A stretch of DNA of 64,000 nucleotides. It comes from the human T2T-CHM13v2.0 reference genome, Homo sapiens. The stretch's first letter is position 1. Each line of letters begins with the position of its first letter. Position numbers and translations under genes: made by a program. Positions 14,684 to 27,567 of this stretch are shown here, piece after piece. Under the pieces are notes generated by a model, which searched no databases, was not told the DNA's origin, and saw only the letters and a list, made by a program, of their open reading frames with translations. Location: the NCBI RefSeq assembly GCF_009914755.1, contig NC_060936.1. One strand, given 5' to 3'.

Positions 14684-15689
14684 GATGTTGGGATCCACTA
14701 ATAAAAACATCAAGGCCATTTCCCTGCTATGAAGACTGCAGGCTAGAAGGATAAAACTTTCCTAAACTTCATGACACTGATCTCCTGGTCACAATAAAAA
14801 CAGCAAAGAAATTGAACGTTGAAGTTCTTAAAAGGCCAATTCCACCTCCCACTGAAAAACCACTTGTGTGTCTTAAGTGACGCTGAATTTATCAAACACA
14901 CACAGCTACCCAGCAATCCTCCCAGAGAGCAGGATTATAGGCCAAAAGAAATTAAGGCAAACAGACTCCATAAATACCAATCTCTTCCAGACCTGCTCTG
15001 CCGGGGCATACGTCCTCCCAATCAGGATGCTGAGAACTCCAACTTCATGAGGTATGGACTGTGAGCCCTGAAATTACCCCCTCTCCATGCAGTGTAAATA
15101 AAACAGGATGAAATCAGCAAGTCTCTTTACTTTGCAAAGAAACTGGGGAGAAAAAGGGCAAAAGCACATACCCACAACTGGGATGCATTAACATAAACAG
15201 AAAGCATTTGGGCAATTTCTGGGTAAGAGCTTAGCCTTATTTTCAGGGCATTATTTGATCTGTGCACTGCTTCCTATGGGGTTCCAATAGAAGACCTATA
15301 ATCTTCAAGATTATCTGAAATTGGGGAGGGCATTTCATATTCATATTCGTGGATGGAACAAATGCATATTCATGTCTTGGTGGTGAATGGTTCCTGAGCT
15401 GCAGGTGCCCCTGAAAAGTCTTTCGTATCAACAGTCTTTAGTTATGGAAACTCAACTTTCCAAATAGCTGCAGCCACTAAGATTGTATCCCACCTACCGC
15501 TGTCTCTGGCCAAGCAGGCAAATGGAAAAGCATGTTTTCAGTGTGGAAGGAGAAGCTGGTAATGGGTAAAGCCAAGAAAATCCAATTGCTACTGATCTCA
15601 GAGCTTACTTCTACAGTCTCTTTAATAATTGATCAACACAGCCTCACCTGCAACCCAGACCACTGGGGAGAGAAGGGATCCCCCAAAAC

Positions 15690-15775
15690 CCTGGTGAAAC
15701 AGAGCCTGTGTGACCCATAAAGCCTAAAATATTTACTCTGTGGTCCTTTACAGGACAAGTATGCTGACCTCTTCT
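15690..15775 (-). mobile_element. MER58A fragment
   Basis: AAAGCCTAAAATATTTACTCTGTGGTCCTTTACAG. Confidence 0.75.
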
Positions 15776-15802
15776 CTATACCAAGCTCAAGACATAATGA
15801 AG

Positions 15803-16098
15803 GGCCAGGTGCGGTGGCTCACAGCTGTAATCCCAGCACTTTGGGAGGCCAAGCAGGTGGATCACTTGAGGTCAGGAGTTTGAGGCCAGCCTAGCCAACA
15901 CAGTGAAACCCCATCTCTACTAAAAATACAAAACATTAGCTGGGCATGGTGGCACACGCTTGTAGTCTCAGCTACTTGGGAGGCTGAGGCAGGAGGATCA
16001 CTTGAACCCAGGAGGTGGAGGTTGTAGTGAGCCAAGATTGTACCACTGCACTCCAGCATGGGTGACAGAGTGAGACTTCATCTCAAAAAAAAAAAAAA
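15803..16098 (+). mobile_element. Alu (S/Jb)
   Basis: Full dimer; TSD-like ACATAATGAAG/ACACAATGAAG. Confidence 0.94.
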
Positions 16099-17218
16099 GT
16101 ACACAATGAAGAAGGATCTGGGGATGAGATTATTTTAATTAGGAGCTATTGACTCTAACCTAAAGAGTGCGACAAGGTGGGAAGGACTCATTTGTCTGAA
16201 CTTTTATTCAGTCGCCTGCCCCACAAATATTTATTAAGGGACGCCTTTGTGCCAGGCCCTGGGCTAGGATATGCCGGGATATGACTATGAGCTAGGCAGG
16301 CCAGGGCCTGCCTCCAAGGGACTTAGAGTCCATCCTATAAAGGATGAGTTCATTACAGTGAATGTGAATGCTACAGAAGGGCAGTCCTGGGGACTCTGAG
16401 AGCTGATAAGATGCCCACAGCCTAGCAAAGGGATCCTGGGAAGTTCTCCCAGGAAGCTAAGACCATACTAGAGAGCAGGAACTGGTCAGGCAACAGACGC
16501 TCCCAGAGGAGAAGATCCATCTCTCAACCTGCACTGCAAAATGCCAGCTCCATTCATTTGCTCCAACACTCTTCTGGTTATGCAGCAGGCCCACTTATTT
16601 ACTGAGGGCCTATTAGGAGCCTGGAATCAGAGACACAAGACACCGGACAATGGGTTCAGAGACACCCTTTCCTCACCCCACTAGGCACAGTGGCAGGTGC
16701 ACTGATTGGGCCCCCAAGGGACACCTAGCAGAGGTCTCTAACCCAGTCCTCATGCCAATAACTTCAGGTCCTACAGCCCCAGCCTCAACTTGGCCTTGGC
16801 TTGACATCGAACAGCTGAATGTGCCTTGCACTGCCTGGTGACAGGTTCCATCTGCTTCATTACTGTCAGTCCCCAGAAACCAGGCTTGTAGCTAAGTGCT
16901 CTGGGCCCTAATTGGTTCCTGATAGATTGGGCCATAACGAAGCACTTAGAACCTGCCAGACAAGTTGAGGATGAAGAGGGGGTGCCCCTGCATAGACTGG
17001 GAATGCTCCCCTCTTTGGGAATTCTTGCTGGGAAATCTGGGCAGCTGGAGAGGTGGATAGGACTCAGGCTCCTGAATCCACCAATCTGGAATGCATTCCC
17101 AGTATCGTCACTCACCACTGTGAGCCTCAGTGTATTCTTCTGTAAAATGGGGCTGGTGACACCTGCCTCACAAGCCGTTCAGACAAAGTGAGGTGCTGAC
17201 CATGGTGTTTATGGTTAA

Positions 17219-17585
<367 letters not shown>

Positions 17586-17769
17586 TAATCACCTATAATT
17601 ACCAACCCCATTTCACAGATGGAGAAACGGAGCCTCAAAGAGGTGAAATCACTTGGCCAAGCTGCCTGTCTTCTGTTCACATTCCCATAGTGGACATTCA
17701 GAAATGGTAACCTCTTCTCTCTCTGCATTAGCCATTCTGCTTGGGTAACAGATATAAAAGTAGCTCAGT

Positions 17770-18665
17770 CACAAATGTAGACAGACAGAAAGCCGATCAG
17801 TGGTTGCCTGGAGCTCTGCTGGAAGTGGGGATTCACTGCAAACAGACATGAGAGATCTTTTCAGGGTGACAGACATGTTCTAAAACTGGATTAAGACAAA
17901 GGTTGCTCAACTCTGTAAATTTACTAAAATGCATTGAATTCTATTTCTTAAAATGGTGATCTTTATGCCATATAAATTATACCTTAATAAACCTGTTAAG
18001 AAATAAATAAATACAATTATACTTCAAAAAAGTGGCCTGGTCAACATACTGTCTATAACAATAAAATATACATTGTAATAAACAGGAGGGTTACAAGAGA
18101 TATGGAAAAATATGTCCACACAAAATCTTGTACATGAATATTCATTGCAGCAATAATTGCTAAAAAATTGAAACATCCCAAATGCCCATCAACTGAGGAC
18201 TGGATAAACAAAATGTGCTATGCATGTATGTATATATGTATGTGTATGTATATTTGTGTGTGTGTGCAAAATGGAATATTATTCAGCCATAGAAAGGAAT
18301 GCACACTACATGAATAAACTTTGACAACATTATGCTGAATGAAAGAAGTCAAACACAAAATACTACATATTGTATGGTTCCATTCATATGTAATATTCAG
18401 AATGGGCAAATCCACAGAGACAGCAGATTAGAGATTGCCAGGGGCTAGTTGGGAGCAGGGAGGTGTAGGGATGGGGGTAAAATAGGAAGTGACAGTTAAG
18501 ATATTTGAGGTTTCTTTTCGGGGTGATAAAATGTTTTAAAATGGATTGTGGTGATGGTTGTACAACTTTGTTAATATACGAAAAAACCATTGAATTCTAT
18601 ACTTTAAATGGATGAATTGTGTGGTGTGCAAACTATATCTTGATAAACTTGTTTTAAAAAGAATA
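17770..18665 (+). mobile_element. Two tandem L1M 3' fragments (~17770-18030, ~18100-18665)
   Basis: GATCAGTGGTTGCCTGG...TTATACCTTAATAAA; CCCAAATGCCCATCAACTGA...GGTGATGGTTGTACAACTTTG. Confidence 0.8.
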
Positions 18666-18689
18666 GAATAAAAAGGAAGGGTTAGTTGT

Positions 18690-18890
18690 AGTCTTGGACA
18701 GCCAGGGTTCAAAGCTGAGCTGCATCACTTTCTAGCTGTGTGACCCTGAGCTACTGCCTTGGCCTCTCTGAGCCTTGGTTTCCTATTATATAGAAAGGGG
18801 TGGGATATGAGGAATAAGAGTATTTTGGCATGTGGGTTGTGCAGAAAACAAATGAAGTTACTGCACAGAGAGTACTAAGCATTGTGAGCC
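18690..18890 (+). mobile_element. MIR
   Basis: GGGTTCAAAG...TAGCTGTGTGACCCTGAG...CTCTCTGAGCCTTGGTTTCCT. Confidence 0.75.
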
Positions 18891-19742
18891 AGGCGCACAC
18901 TCCGGCCTTGAGAAACAGAGGAAAATCTTGAAGACAAACAAGAGAAAATGAGGACACGGAGAGTCATCTAGACTAGCCTCACAGTAACCCATCTATTTCA
19001 ACTGGTATTCTGACTCCAAAACCAGCACCAAGGTGTGGCTGTCTGGGAGGGGATAGGGGTTGCAAATATGCCTAAGCTTGCTCTCTAAGGCTTCCTGGAT
19101 CAATGATCTCTGGTAGTATTTCCCCTAGGGTGATCCTTACCATACTGGATCCAAGAGATGCTGATAGATGTTGCATGAAAAAGGAGTCCCCGATGCAAAT
19201 TATCTTGGGAAATTCAAAGTGTAAATGAAGTGAAATGGACATCTCTGCTGCCAGCCTTGTCAGAGCCTTTAATTCTCCTATTTGTGAACTGGATATCTAT
19301 ACAAGGATATAGCACCCAGAATTTTCAAAATTAACATAGTGACAAATCATTCTTGAGCGTTTCATGTGGTATGACAGTTTGGCAAAATAAATGTTAGGAG
19401 ACAGCGGATCCATGGCTTTAATTAAACCATTGTGATTCTGCTTTTGGCTGTTAAGTCAGATAGTGATAACTGAAACTGTTAAGTCAGATCCGGAACTTGA
19501 GGACTCCAGGGTCCAGTGGAGTCCAGTGGTTCTAGTGTCAGGCTCTCTGTGCCTTATCTCATGGGAACCTTCTGAGAACCAGGAGGTAGTGGCTGAGATT
19601 TCCCCCACTAGAGATGAAGGGACCTGCCTCGGTTAATGAGTAGTAGCACCGGAACCTGAATCTAGCCCAGACTAGACCCAAAGCCAGTGATTCTAATCAC
19701 CATGCCTCATCACTTACTAATCGCATAGTAGCTAATACCTAA

Positions 19743-20540
19743 TGTAGTGGATACTGTAATGTGCCACCCAGGACCCCCTGGAAGAATGAAGGATTCACAC
19801 CCCCAGCTGATGATAGTATTGCCGGAGAATATCTCTCTGCTGTCAGTCTCTCCAACAATTGACTGAGGCTGAAAACAACAGCCTTGCCCAAGGTCAATTT
19901 CCTTCCAGGAGCCGCCCACATCTAATACTGATTGTTTCAATGTGCAACAGTACTAAAGGGTCATTCCGGCAGGAGACCTGGCTGTAAGGTTGGCTAAGGC
20001 CTCTGTTGAGACTGCATCATAGCTCGCGTTTTCCCACTTCCCAATCGTATTCATCTCCTGTTCCTGCTGTAACAAATCACCACAACAGTAAACGGCTTAA
20101 AACCACACATATTTATGACCTTATAGTTCTAGAAGTTAGAAGCCTAAAATGGTAGGCCGCTCACATTCCCTGAATCATGGCCCCTTCCTCCAACTTCAAA
20201 GTCCATCATTGCAATGTTGGCTTCTATCATCACATCTCCTTTTTTCTAATTGATTCTCCTACCTCCCCCTTATAAGGACTTTTGTCCTTATAATCTCCCC
20301 ATCACAAGAGCCTTAACTTGAACACACCTGCGAAGTCCCTTTTACCATGTAAAGTAACACAATAAATTCACAGGTTCCAAGGGTGCAGACATCTTTGGGG
20401 GAGCTGTTATTGTTCCTCTCACACCCATTTTGCTTCCATATTTCTCTTCCACTGGTGTTAATCCCCAAAGCACCCCCTAATTAACTTCCTGCATCCTATT
20501 CTCCATTTCAGAGGCTTCTCAGGGAACATGACCTGCACCC
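19743..20540 (+). mobile_element. LTR16C-like ERVL LTR interrupted by MLT1
   Basis: TGTAGTGGATACTGT...GCCACCCAGGACCCCC...GGCCTCTGTTGAGACTGCATC...|...GGTGTTAATCCCCAAAGCACCCCCTAATTAACTTCCTGCA. Confidence 0.75.
20046..20423 (-). mobile_element. MLT1 (E-like) LTR, internally deleted
   Basis: CTGCTGTAACAAATCACCACAA...TCACAGGTTCCAAGG...; TSD CCAAT/CCCAT. Confidence 0.8.
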
Positions 20541-20560
20541 AACAATCATTGGGCTATATG

Positions 20561-20842
20561 TTTTATTTTTGTTTTCTGAGACAGGGTCTCACTCCATCAC
20601 CCAAGCTGGAGTGCAGTGGTGCAATCATAGCTCACTACTCCCGGGCTCAAGTGATCCTCCCATCTCAGTCTCCAGAGTAGCTGGGTCTATGGGCATGCAA
20701 CTCCATGCCTGGCTTATTTTTTTACTTTTTGCAGAGACAGGGTCTTACTATCTTGCTCGGCCTGCTCAGAAGGCCTCACGGGATCCTTCTGCTTCCACCT
20801 CCCAAAGTGCTAGGATAACAGACATGAGCCACTGTGCCTGGC
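20561..20842 (-). mobile_element. AluJ (diverged)
   Basis: Antisense dimer. Confidence 0.9.
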
Positions 20843-20929
20843 AGCTCTCTGTTTTATCTACTTCAGTGCACCAGGCTGGGGACACAGCGGTTAGCAAAAC
20901 AGCTGCTCACAGAAATCATGGTCTAAATT

Positions 20930-21146
20930 CAGGTTTTCTCAGCCTCAGCACTGTTGACATTTGGGGCCAGATAACTCTTAGTTGTGAGGGGCTGTCCCGT
21001 GTATTGTAGGATGTTAGGCAGCATCCCTGGCATCTGCCCACACAATGCCAGTAGCACCCCCACCCCAAGTGACAACCAAAATGGACTCCAGACATTGCCC
21101 GCTGTCCCCTGGGAGGGGGCAAGATCACCAAGATTGAGAACCACTG
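20930..21146 (+). mobile_element. MER20
   Basis: TTCTCAGCCTCAGCACTGTTGACATTTGGGGCCAGATAA...TTGAGAACCACTG. Confidence 0.92.
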
Positions 21147-21769
21147 GACTATGGGAGAGGAGATACTAAGCGCACTTGATTGTAAAAAGTCTTGATCTAC
21201 ACTGGTTCTCATCCTAACAAAGAGGGTCATGGAGTGAATCTACTCCCAGCTCTCGAGGAGATGGATCTGGACAGGACCTTTGGCATCCCATTGGTATTTG
21301 AAAAACCAGCTGCAAGAATGTTGGAATATTGAATCGAGCCCTGAATCTGAGGAGAGAAATGAGTGAAAAAAATAGCGAGCCCCGACAGGTAATGATGCCA
21401 TTTGAATACGGCCTCTTGCTCCGAACCATCAAACCATCGCTGCTGTTTTGTTTAAAGAAAAAAAAAATGACCAACGGGAAAATTGGCAGGTGACATAGAA
21501 GGCCTCGAGGGCATCTGGATTTCATTATCCGCCTCTCATCTTTTATTTAACAAGGAAATGGGAAAGTTTCAGAGCATTTGGGAGCATGGAAATAATGGAA
21601 CATTCAAGTGCATTACAAAGCAAAGTGTGTATTAGGGCTGGGCAGAAAGCTCTGTCCTGAGGTGGATTATCACATAGTCTGGGGTACTCACACCTCCCTA
21701 TACTGGATCCTTTGGCAGAGGAGCGTGATGTTGGAGCAGAGGGTAAACAGAGGCAAGTGTTTTGTGGTA

Positions 21770-21990
21770 TCTAAAAGCTTTGGAGTCATGGGTTCAAATC
21801 TGAGCTTCACCTCTGCCAGCCGTATGGGTGGGGTTTTGGGCATGCAAGTTAACCTTTGGGGACTCAGTTTCTTCATCGGTGCCTTGAGAATAATCATATC
21901 CATGATCGTAAGAATTAAAGAAGCTATATAAAGCTTTTAGCTCAGGGTCTAATACATAGTAGGGTTAAATAAACGGTCAGTACTATCATG
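21770..21990 (+). mobile_element. MIR
   Basis: GGGTTCAAATCTGAGCTT...CTCAGTTTCTTCATC. Confidence 0.75.
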
Positions 21991-22009
21991 ATGGTGATAT
22001 TTTTTTAAT

Positions 22010-22815
22010 GCATGCTCTGCCCCCTTCATAATTCCCTGGTGCACTGTCTCATATTCCTCCCTCACCATGTTTCATCCATGTCGACCTTCTTTCAATGAAC
22101 ATTCTAAAATCATTCCTGCCTCAAGACCTTTGCACATGCCGTTCCCTCTGTCTGGAACAGTCTTCACTCCATTCTCCACTTGGCTCATGTCTACAATCCT
22201 TTAGCGCTTGTCTCAAATGTCACCTAATCAGAGACACCATCTCCAACCATTAGTCTAAGTCAGATCCTCTCCCTATCTTCATTTCTCATTGCACTCTACA
22301 TTTTCTTTCCTATCCCTTATCATAATTTTATAACTTATATCTCTTTGTGTAATTATCTATTTAAAGACCATTGCAGCCTCCAGACCCCAAATTTCAAGAG
22401 GGCAAAGACATGAGATAGATAAAACAATTTTAAAGTGCCTCACGTGCCATTAAGGAAACACACCAGGAGCTGAGATTGAGGATGACAGGGTGGTCAGGAT
22501 GGGCTCTCTGAGTGGCTGAAACTGAGATCAGAAGGATCAGAAGGAGTCAGCCATGCAAAGAATGGGGATGGGGAGAGAGAAGACATGTGCAAAGGCCCTG
22601 AGGCAGGAAGCACTTGCAGGCTGCAGGAACTCATGGAAGACCAATGTGGCTGAAGCTGTCTGGAATATGGTTTGGAGGAAGGCAATCACAGTTGGAGGGA
22701 AGCACGTGGAGATGTGCAAATGCTGGTGGCCTGGACAGAGCAATGGGAATGGACACACCCAAGGTAGATGGAGTTGAAATAGATTTTGGAGGTGAAATTG
22801 ACAGGCCTTGCTAAT
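22010..22815. mobile_element. Two L2 fragments in opposite orientation (+ ~22010-22410; - ~22420-22815)
   Basis: CCTGCCTCAAGACCTTTGCACATG versus CATGTGCAAAGGCCCTGAGGCAGG. Confidence 0.75.
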
Positions 22816-23894
22816 TACCATTATGTGTATTGCTATCCTTCCTAGGAAGACAGGAGTCTGGGATGCAGAAAGATCTATGGATTATACAGGCCAGAAACTC
22901 TGAGGACTTTGGCTATACTTCTTGCTTTGATTTCTCATGGAAGGATCTTTCTGAAATTCTCCATGGTTCTATGTATTCAACATCACCTTAAGCTCTTGCA
23001 GAGATGCCCTTAGCTCTCTGCTATAATATACAAAGCAGAGGGCAATCCTGTGGTTAGAAAGAAGCCCCAGGGACCCCTCTGTGGTTGGGTTGTGCCATGA
23101 AGAGTTGCCCCAGAAGTGTGGGGATCAGGGAGACACCGCTGAGCCATGCCCTTTTCTCAGGTTCTCCCTTGGCTGTCCTGCATGGAGGCAGAGCTGGCCT
23201 CAGGGCAAGGCTCCATCCCATGGGGACTGCCTGCATGTGAGGCACCCAAGATCCAGGTTTGAATCACCCAAGCCAACCCTCCCAGGTCCAGAAAAGGGGC
23301 TTCAAGTGAGCTCATGCATGTCTCACTCCCATGTTAGCAATGACCAGGCTTCTTGGTCCTTGTCCTCCTAGGCAAGAAGTGGCAGGTGAGGTAGAAACCC
23401 AAGGTGTGGCCTCATTCCTTATTTTCCATCAGCAATAGCCTCATCTCTACTAATAACAAGATGCCTGCACGCTCCTCTCAAGGGGGTAGACTTCTCTGAA
23501 GCCTTGGCTTTGGGAAGTAGTGGAAAATCTTCCCAAGAAGGGATGAAGTCTGGGGACAGGGTCTCAGGCCAAGGAAGCAGATGGGGAAATGGGGGAGAAG
23601 CCACAAAGACCACACGTAGGAACAAGACAGAGGGTCAGCTGCTGAGACCCTCAGCCGTGACAGAAACACCACTAGCCGGAGTCAGAAGGGGCAGCTCTTC
23701 CCTGCCCAGATGCCCACCCAGCAACAAGACATTCTCACCTGCTCCTTCTTGGGCCTCACTCCCTCCACCTGTAAAATGGGGCAATGAGCTTGGTCCCTAC
23801 CTCCTAGAGTGCTTACGAGGAGTAAATTGTAAAATGCATTTAAAAGGCTTAACACAGTGTCTGGCACATGGTAAGGAATTCTACTTCTAGAATA

Positions 23895-24650
23895 CCTTCA
23901 GACTCAAGACTTCAACATCAACTTCTGCCAGGCCACTGGCAGACCACCAGGGCTTACAGGTTTGGGTCAGTCACATAGCCAATTCTTGAAAATCAATCCC
24001 TCTCATTCATTCAGAGATCGATAGATACAGAGATATCTATATCTAGATAGATAGCTACCTAGGTAAATAGATATAGATATATCTAGATAGACAGATGATA
24101 GATCGCTATAGATATATCTATATAGAGCTATATCTTTAGACAGAAGCAAGATACAGATATATCTCATCCTTTTCTCATTCATCTATATTATTTAAGTAGA
24201 TATAGATAGATAATAGATATAGATACAGATGTATCTATATAGAGAGAAATATGTATATAGATATCTAGACAAATATATAAATATATATATACTTATATAG
24301 ATAGATTATAGATATAGATAGATATTTGGATAGATACATATAGATATATGTATATCTAGATAGATAGATAAAAGATAGAAGATAGATATAGATATATCTG
24401 GATGGATAGCTATAGATATGTCTATATAGATATATATAGATAGATAATAGATACAGATATATCTAAGTAGACAGATGATTGATAGATACATGATAAACAG
24501 ATATAGCTATATCAATTATCATTATCCATGTCTATAGATAATAGATACAGATATATAGATATAGCTAAGTAGACAGTAGATAGATAGGTAGATAGATAGA
24601 CATAGAGATGTCTCCTATTGCTTCTGTCTCTTTGGGGAACTCTGATACAG
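23895..24650 (+). mobile_element. MLT2 LTR 3' remnant split by an expanded microsatellite
   Basis: GCCAATTCTTGAAAATCAATCCCTCTC | TCTCCTATTGCTTCTGTCTCTTTGGGGAACTCTGATACA. Confidence 0.7.
24015..24608. repeat. Degenerate (TAGA/TATAGA/TA)n microsatellite, ~600 bp
   Basis: Directly visible GATAGATA/ATATAGAT units. Confidence 0.95.
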
Positions 24651-25918
24651 ATATAGATTTTGGCACCTTAGTTATTATTCTTCAAAGGAATGTGCAACAA
24701 ATGTTGAGAGAATGCATAACAAATGTTAAGAGCAATGACTTTGGGACTAAAATTGGGGCAGGAGGGAATGGGGGCTTTCACTGTTTTACTCTATCTACAT
24801 TTGTGTAGTTTGCATTTGTTACACCAGCACAGATTACTTTTATAATTTAAAATAGGAAAAGTGAGGGATGGAGAAGGGACAGTAAGAGGAAGGACAGAAC
24901 AGGACAGGAAAGAAAAAGTCCTTCAAGCCTCCAAAATTCTGTCCTCTCACTCTCTCCTCTCTCCTATTTTCTGTCAGCCCTAATGAGAGCTGGAGAAGGG
25001 CTTCTGGAGTGAGAGGTGAGGTGGACCCGCTCCCTAAGGGATGAGGCGAAAACACAAATTACTCCCTGAGGCTGAGTCAATTTCAACAGCTCTGACTCCA
25101 GCTCCCTGATGCCAGCAACCCATTGCTTCTAAGTCAGAGTTAAATGAGTTCAGCACAGCATCACCTGTGAGGTTTGGGGACTGAGGAGTGCTAATTATTC
25201 CCCCAAATTATATTTCATCCTTTTCTCATTCATCTAAGAGGTCAGAGTGAAGAAGAGGAATTTTCTTTCCTGATTTGGGGGCGGGATGGAGTGAGGGGGG
25301 GAGCAGCAGCTCTTCATTATCAAAGTCTGGCTCGTTAAATATTCATTCAAATGCCTGTCACTGTTCCAGGAGGATGAGCCGATTTAAGGTTCAAATCTTA
25401 CTGATCTATTATTCTTTTTGGAGCGGCAGGTGGAACTCTTTCATGAGGCTGCAAATGATAAACTGCACCGTTCTCTGAAGGGAACTTTAAGTAATCAAAT
25501 GCAACTTTTTCTTCACCCCAACATGTACGCCTCTTATGCTGATTCTCCTGAGGAAAGGCAAGAAAAAAGAGCAGAGGTAAAAAAACCTTGGGGAAGATTG
25601 CACCTGTTTGCCCCCTAGGGAGCAGCAAAGAGGGGAAAGATTCTCAGAGCCTGGGAATAAGAGCGAAAAGGAAGAGGAGGAGAGGAGAGGGGCCATAGGG
25701 AGAGAAAGAAATGACACTGGCAGAGAACCTATTTTGTGCCTGCAACTTTGACAGCATTTCATCTTTACCACAACCTTTGAAGCAACGATTCTCTTCTGAG
25801 AGGTGAAGTGACTTGCCCAAGGTCACACAGCTAGCAGCACGCACTCTGGGGATTTGAATCCAGTCTCTCTGCTTCTCAGCCCAGTCCTCTGTAACAGCTG
25901 CCTCACGACTCACAAAGT

Positions 25919-26133
25919 CCCTGTTCTCAATGGGGACAAATTTGTCCTCTAGGGGACATCGGACAATGTCAAAAGACATTTTTGGGTGTCACAACTTGGG
26001 GGCAGGAGTGCAACCGTCATCTAGTGGATAGAGACTAGAGAAGATGCTAAACATCTACAATGCACAGGACAGCCACCACCACGAAAAATTATGCAGCCCC
26101 AAATCTCAGCAGTGCCAAGGTTGAGAAATTCTA
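25919..26133 (-). mobile_element. MER20
   Basis: GTTCTCAATGGGG...AGGGGACAT...GTGTCACAACT...AGTGCCAAGGTTGAGAAA. Confidence 0.9.
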
Positions 26134-26825
26134 TGCTATGTGGAGGGCATTTGCAGTCACCCCATCATGTGTCCTGGCTTCTGGCTGTCACTATAGGAAT
26201 CTAGAAATTCCACCCAATGCTCTGATATTTTTTTCAGAGCCCCAGAAAAAAAACTCTCCTGGTGGTGAGCAGGTATTTTGGGGATTCTTGCTTTTCTGTG
26301 TTGCCCCTGGATACATAAATTCTCATCTAAATTCATGCTCGCATTCACAATTCCACAGTGGCAAAAGAGACACAATTTTCTTATTAAAGGGCACAGTCTA
26401 AGTTTCTCTCCAGTGAGGCAATAAGAATCTGTGCTCCCTCAAAATGAAGCAGAGCTGTAATTAACATTTATGAAACACCCTAAGTCGACCCACCCGGGGA
26501 TCCCTGCAGCAGGGTCTATGTGCTATGGACAACTCCATTCTAGCTCGCAGCCCCCATGAAAATAAAATGCAACATTCAGGAATAATTGAGGGACCCACAG
26601 AGGAAACTCAGTCCCCATTTCAGCTGCCTGTGAACAAGAAAGGTGCCCAAGCACTGGAGCTGGAGCCCAGAGAAAGATGTGGAGCAGAGCGCAAGGGAGA
26701 AAATTCACCTTTGTTGCGTGTTGTACCAAGGGCCAGCCACTGGGACAGGCAAGAGATATCCTCCTCTCATTTAATCCCCATACAGTTGTTTAAAGAAGTT
26801 ATTATTTTCCCCATTTTATAGATCT

Positions 26826-26960
26826 TAGGTCAGCAAATGTTTTCTGTTAAGGGCCAGAAAGTAAATATTTCAGGCTTTACAGGGTGTAGGATGTCTGTTG
26901 CAATTACTCATTTCTGCTACTGTCATACGAAAATAGCCACAGACAATACAAAATGAATGC
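26826..26960 (+). mobile_element. MER58A 5' fragment
   Basis: GGTCAGCAAATGTTTTCTGTTAAGGGCCAGAAAGTAAATATTT. Confidence 0.8.
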
Positions 26961-27099
26961 ATCCTTCTGCCTGTCCATAACTCTATCTACCCATCCACCC
27001 ATCCATCTATGTAACAAATATTCATCAACAACATGCCATATATCTGGTACCTTGGATATCAAGTCAGTTGAGTCTCTTTCAAGGCATCCTCCAAATAGC

Positions 27100-27505
27100 C
27101 CCAGTCATACTGTTCTTCATTAAGTTCCTAGAACATGCAAATGCTTTCCTGCCTCAGGGCCTTTGCACATGTCTTCTCTCTCCCTGGAACATGCTCCTCT
27201 ATCCCCCCGACACCTCCACTCTTTGTACGGCCTCTTCTCTGACCTCAGCTTCAGCAGAACAGAGAGGTCTTCATGATCACTGTATAAGTCTCAATCTCAG
27301 CACCCTGTCTGCTTCTTTCATAGCACCTGGAACACTTTGAAATTACTGTATTTACTTCCTTGTAAATTTGTTTTGTGTCACCCTCTTCCATTAGCATATG
27401 CCTTCCATGAAGGCAGAAATCAAATCTTTCTCATTTGCCATTTTATCCTCAGCATCTGGCACATAGTATATGCTCAATAAATAGTTATTGAACTAAATGA
27501 ATGAA
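27100..27505 (+). mobile_element. L2 3' fragment
   Basis: CCTCAGGGCCTTTGCACATG...CTGGCACATAGTATATGCTCAATAAATAGTTATTGAA. Confidence 0.82.
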
Positions 27506-27567
27506 TTGAAACCCAGAAAAATTTACTCTGAAGTATGGCCTCCACCCATTACACCAAGCACAGCCTA

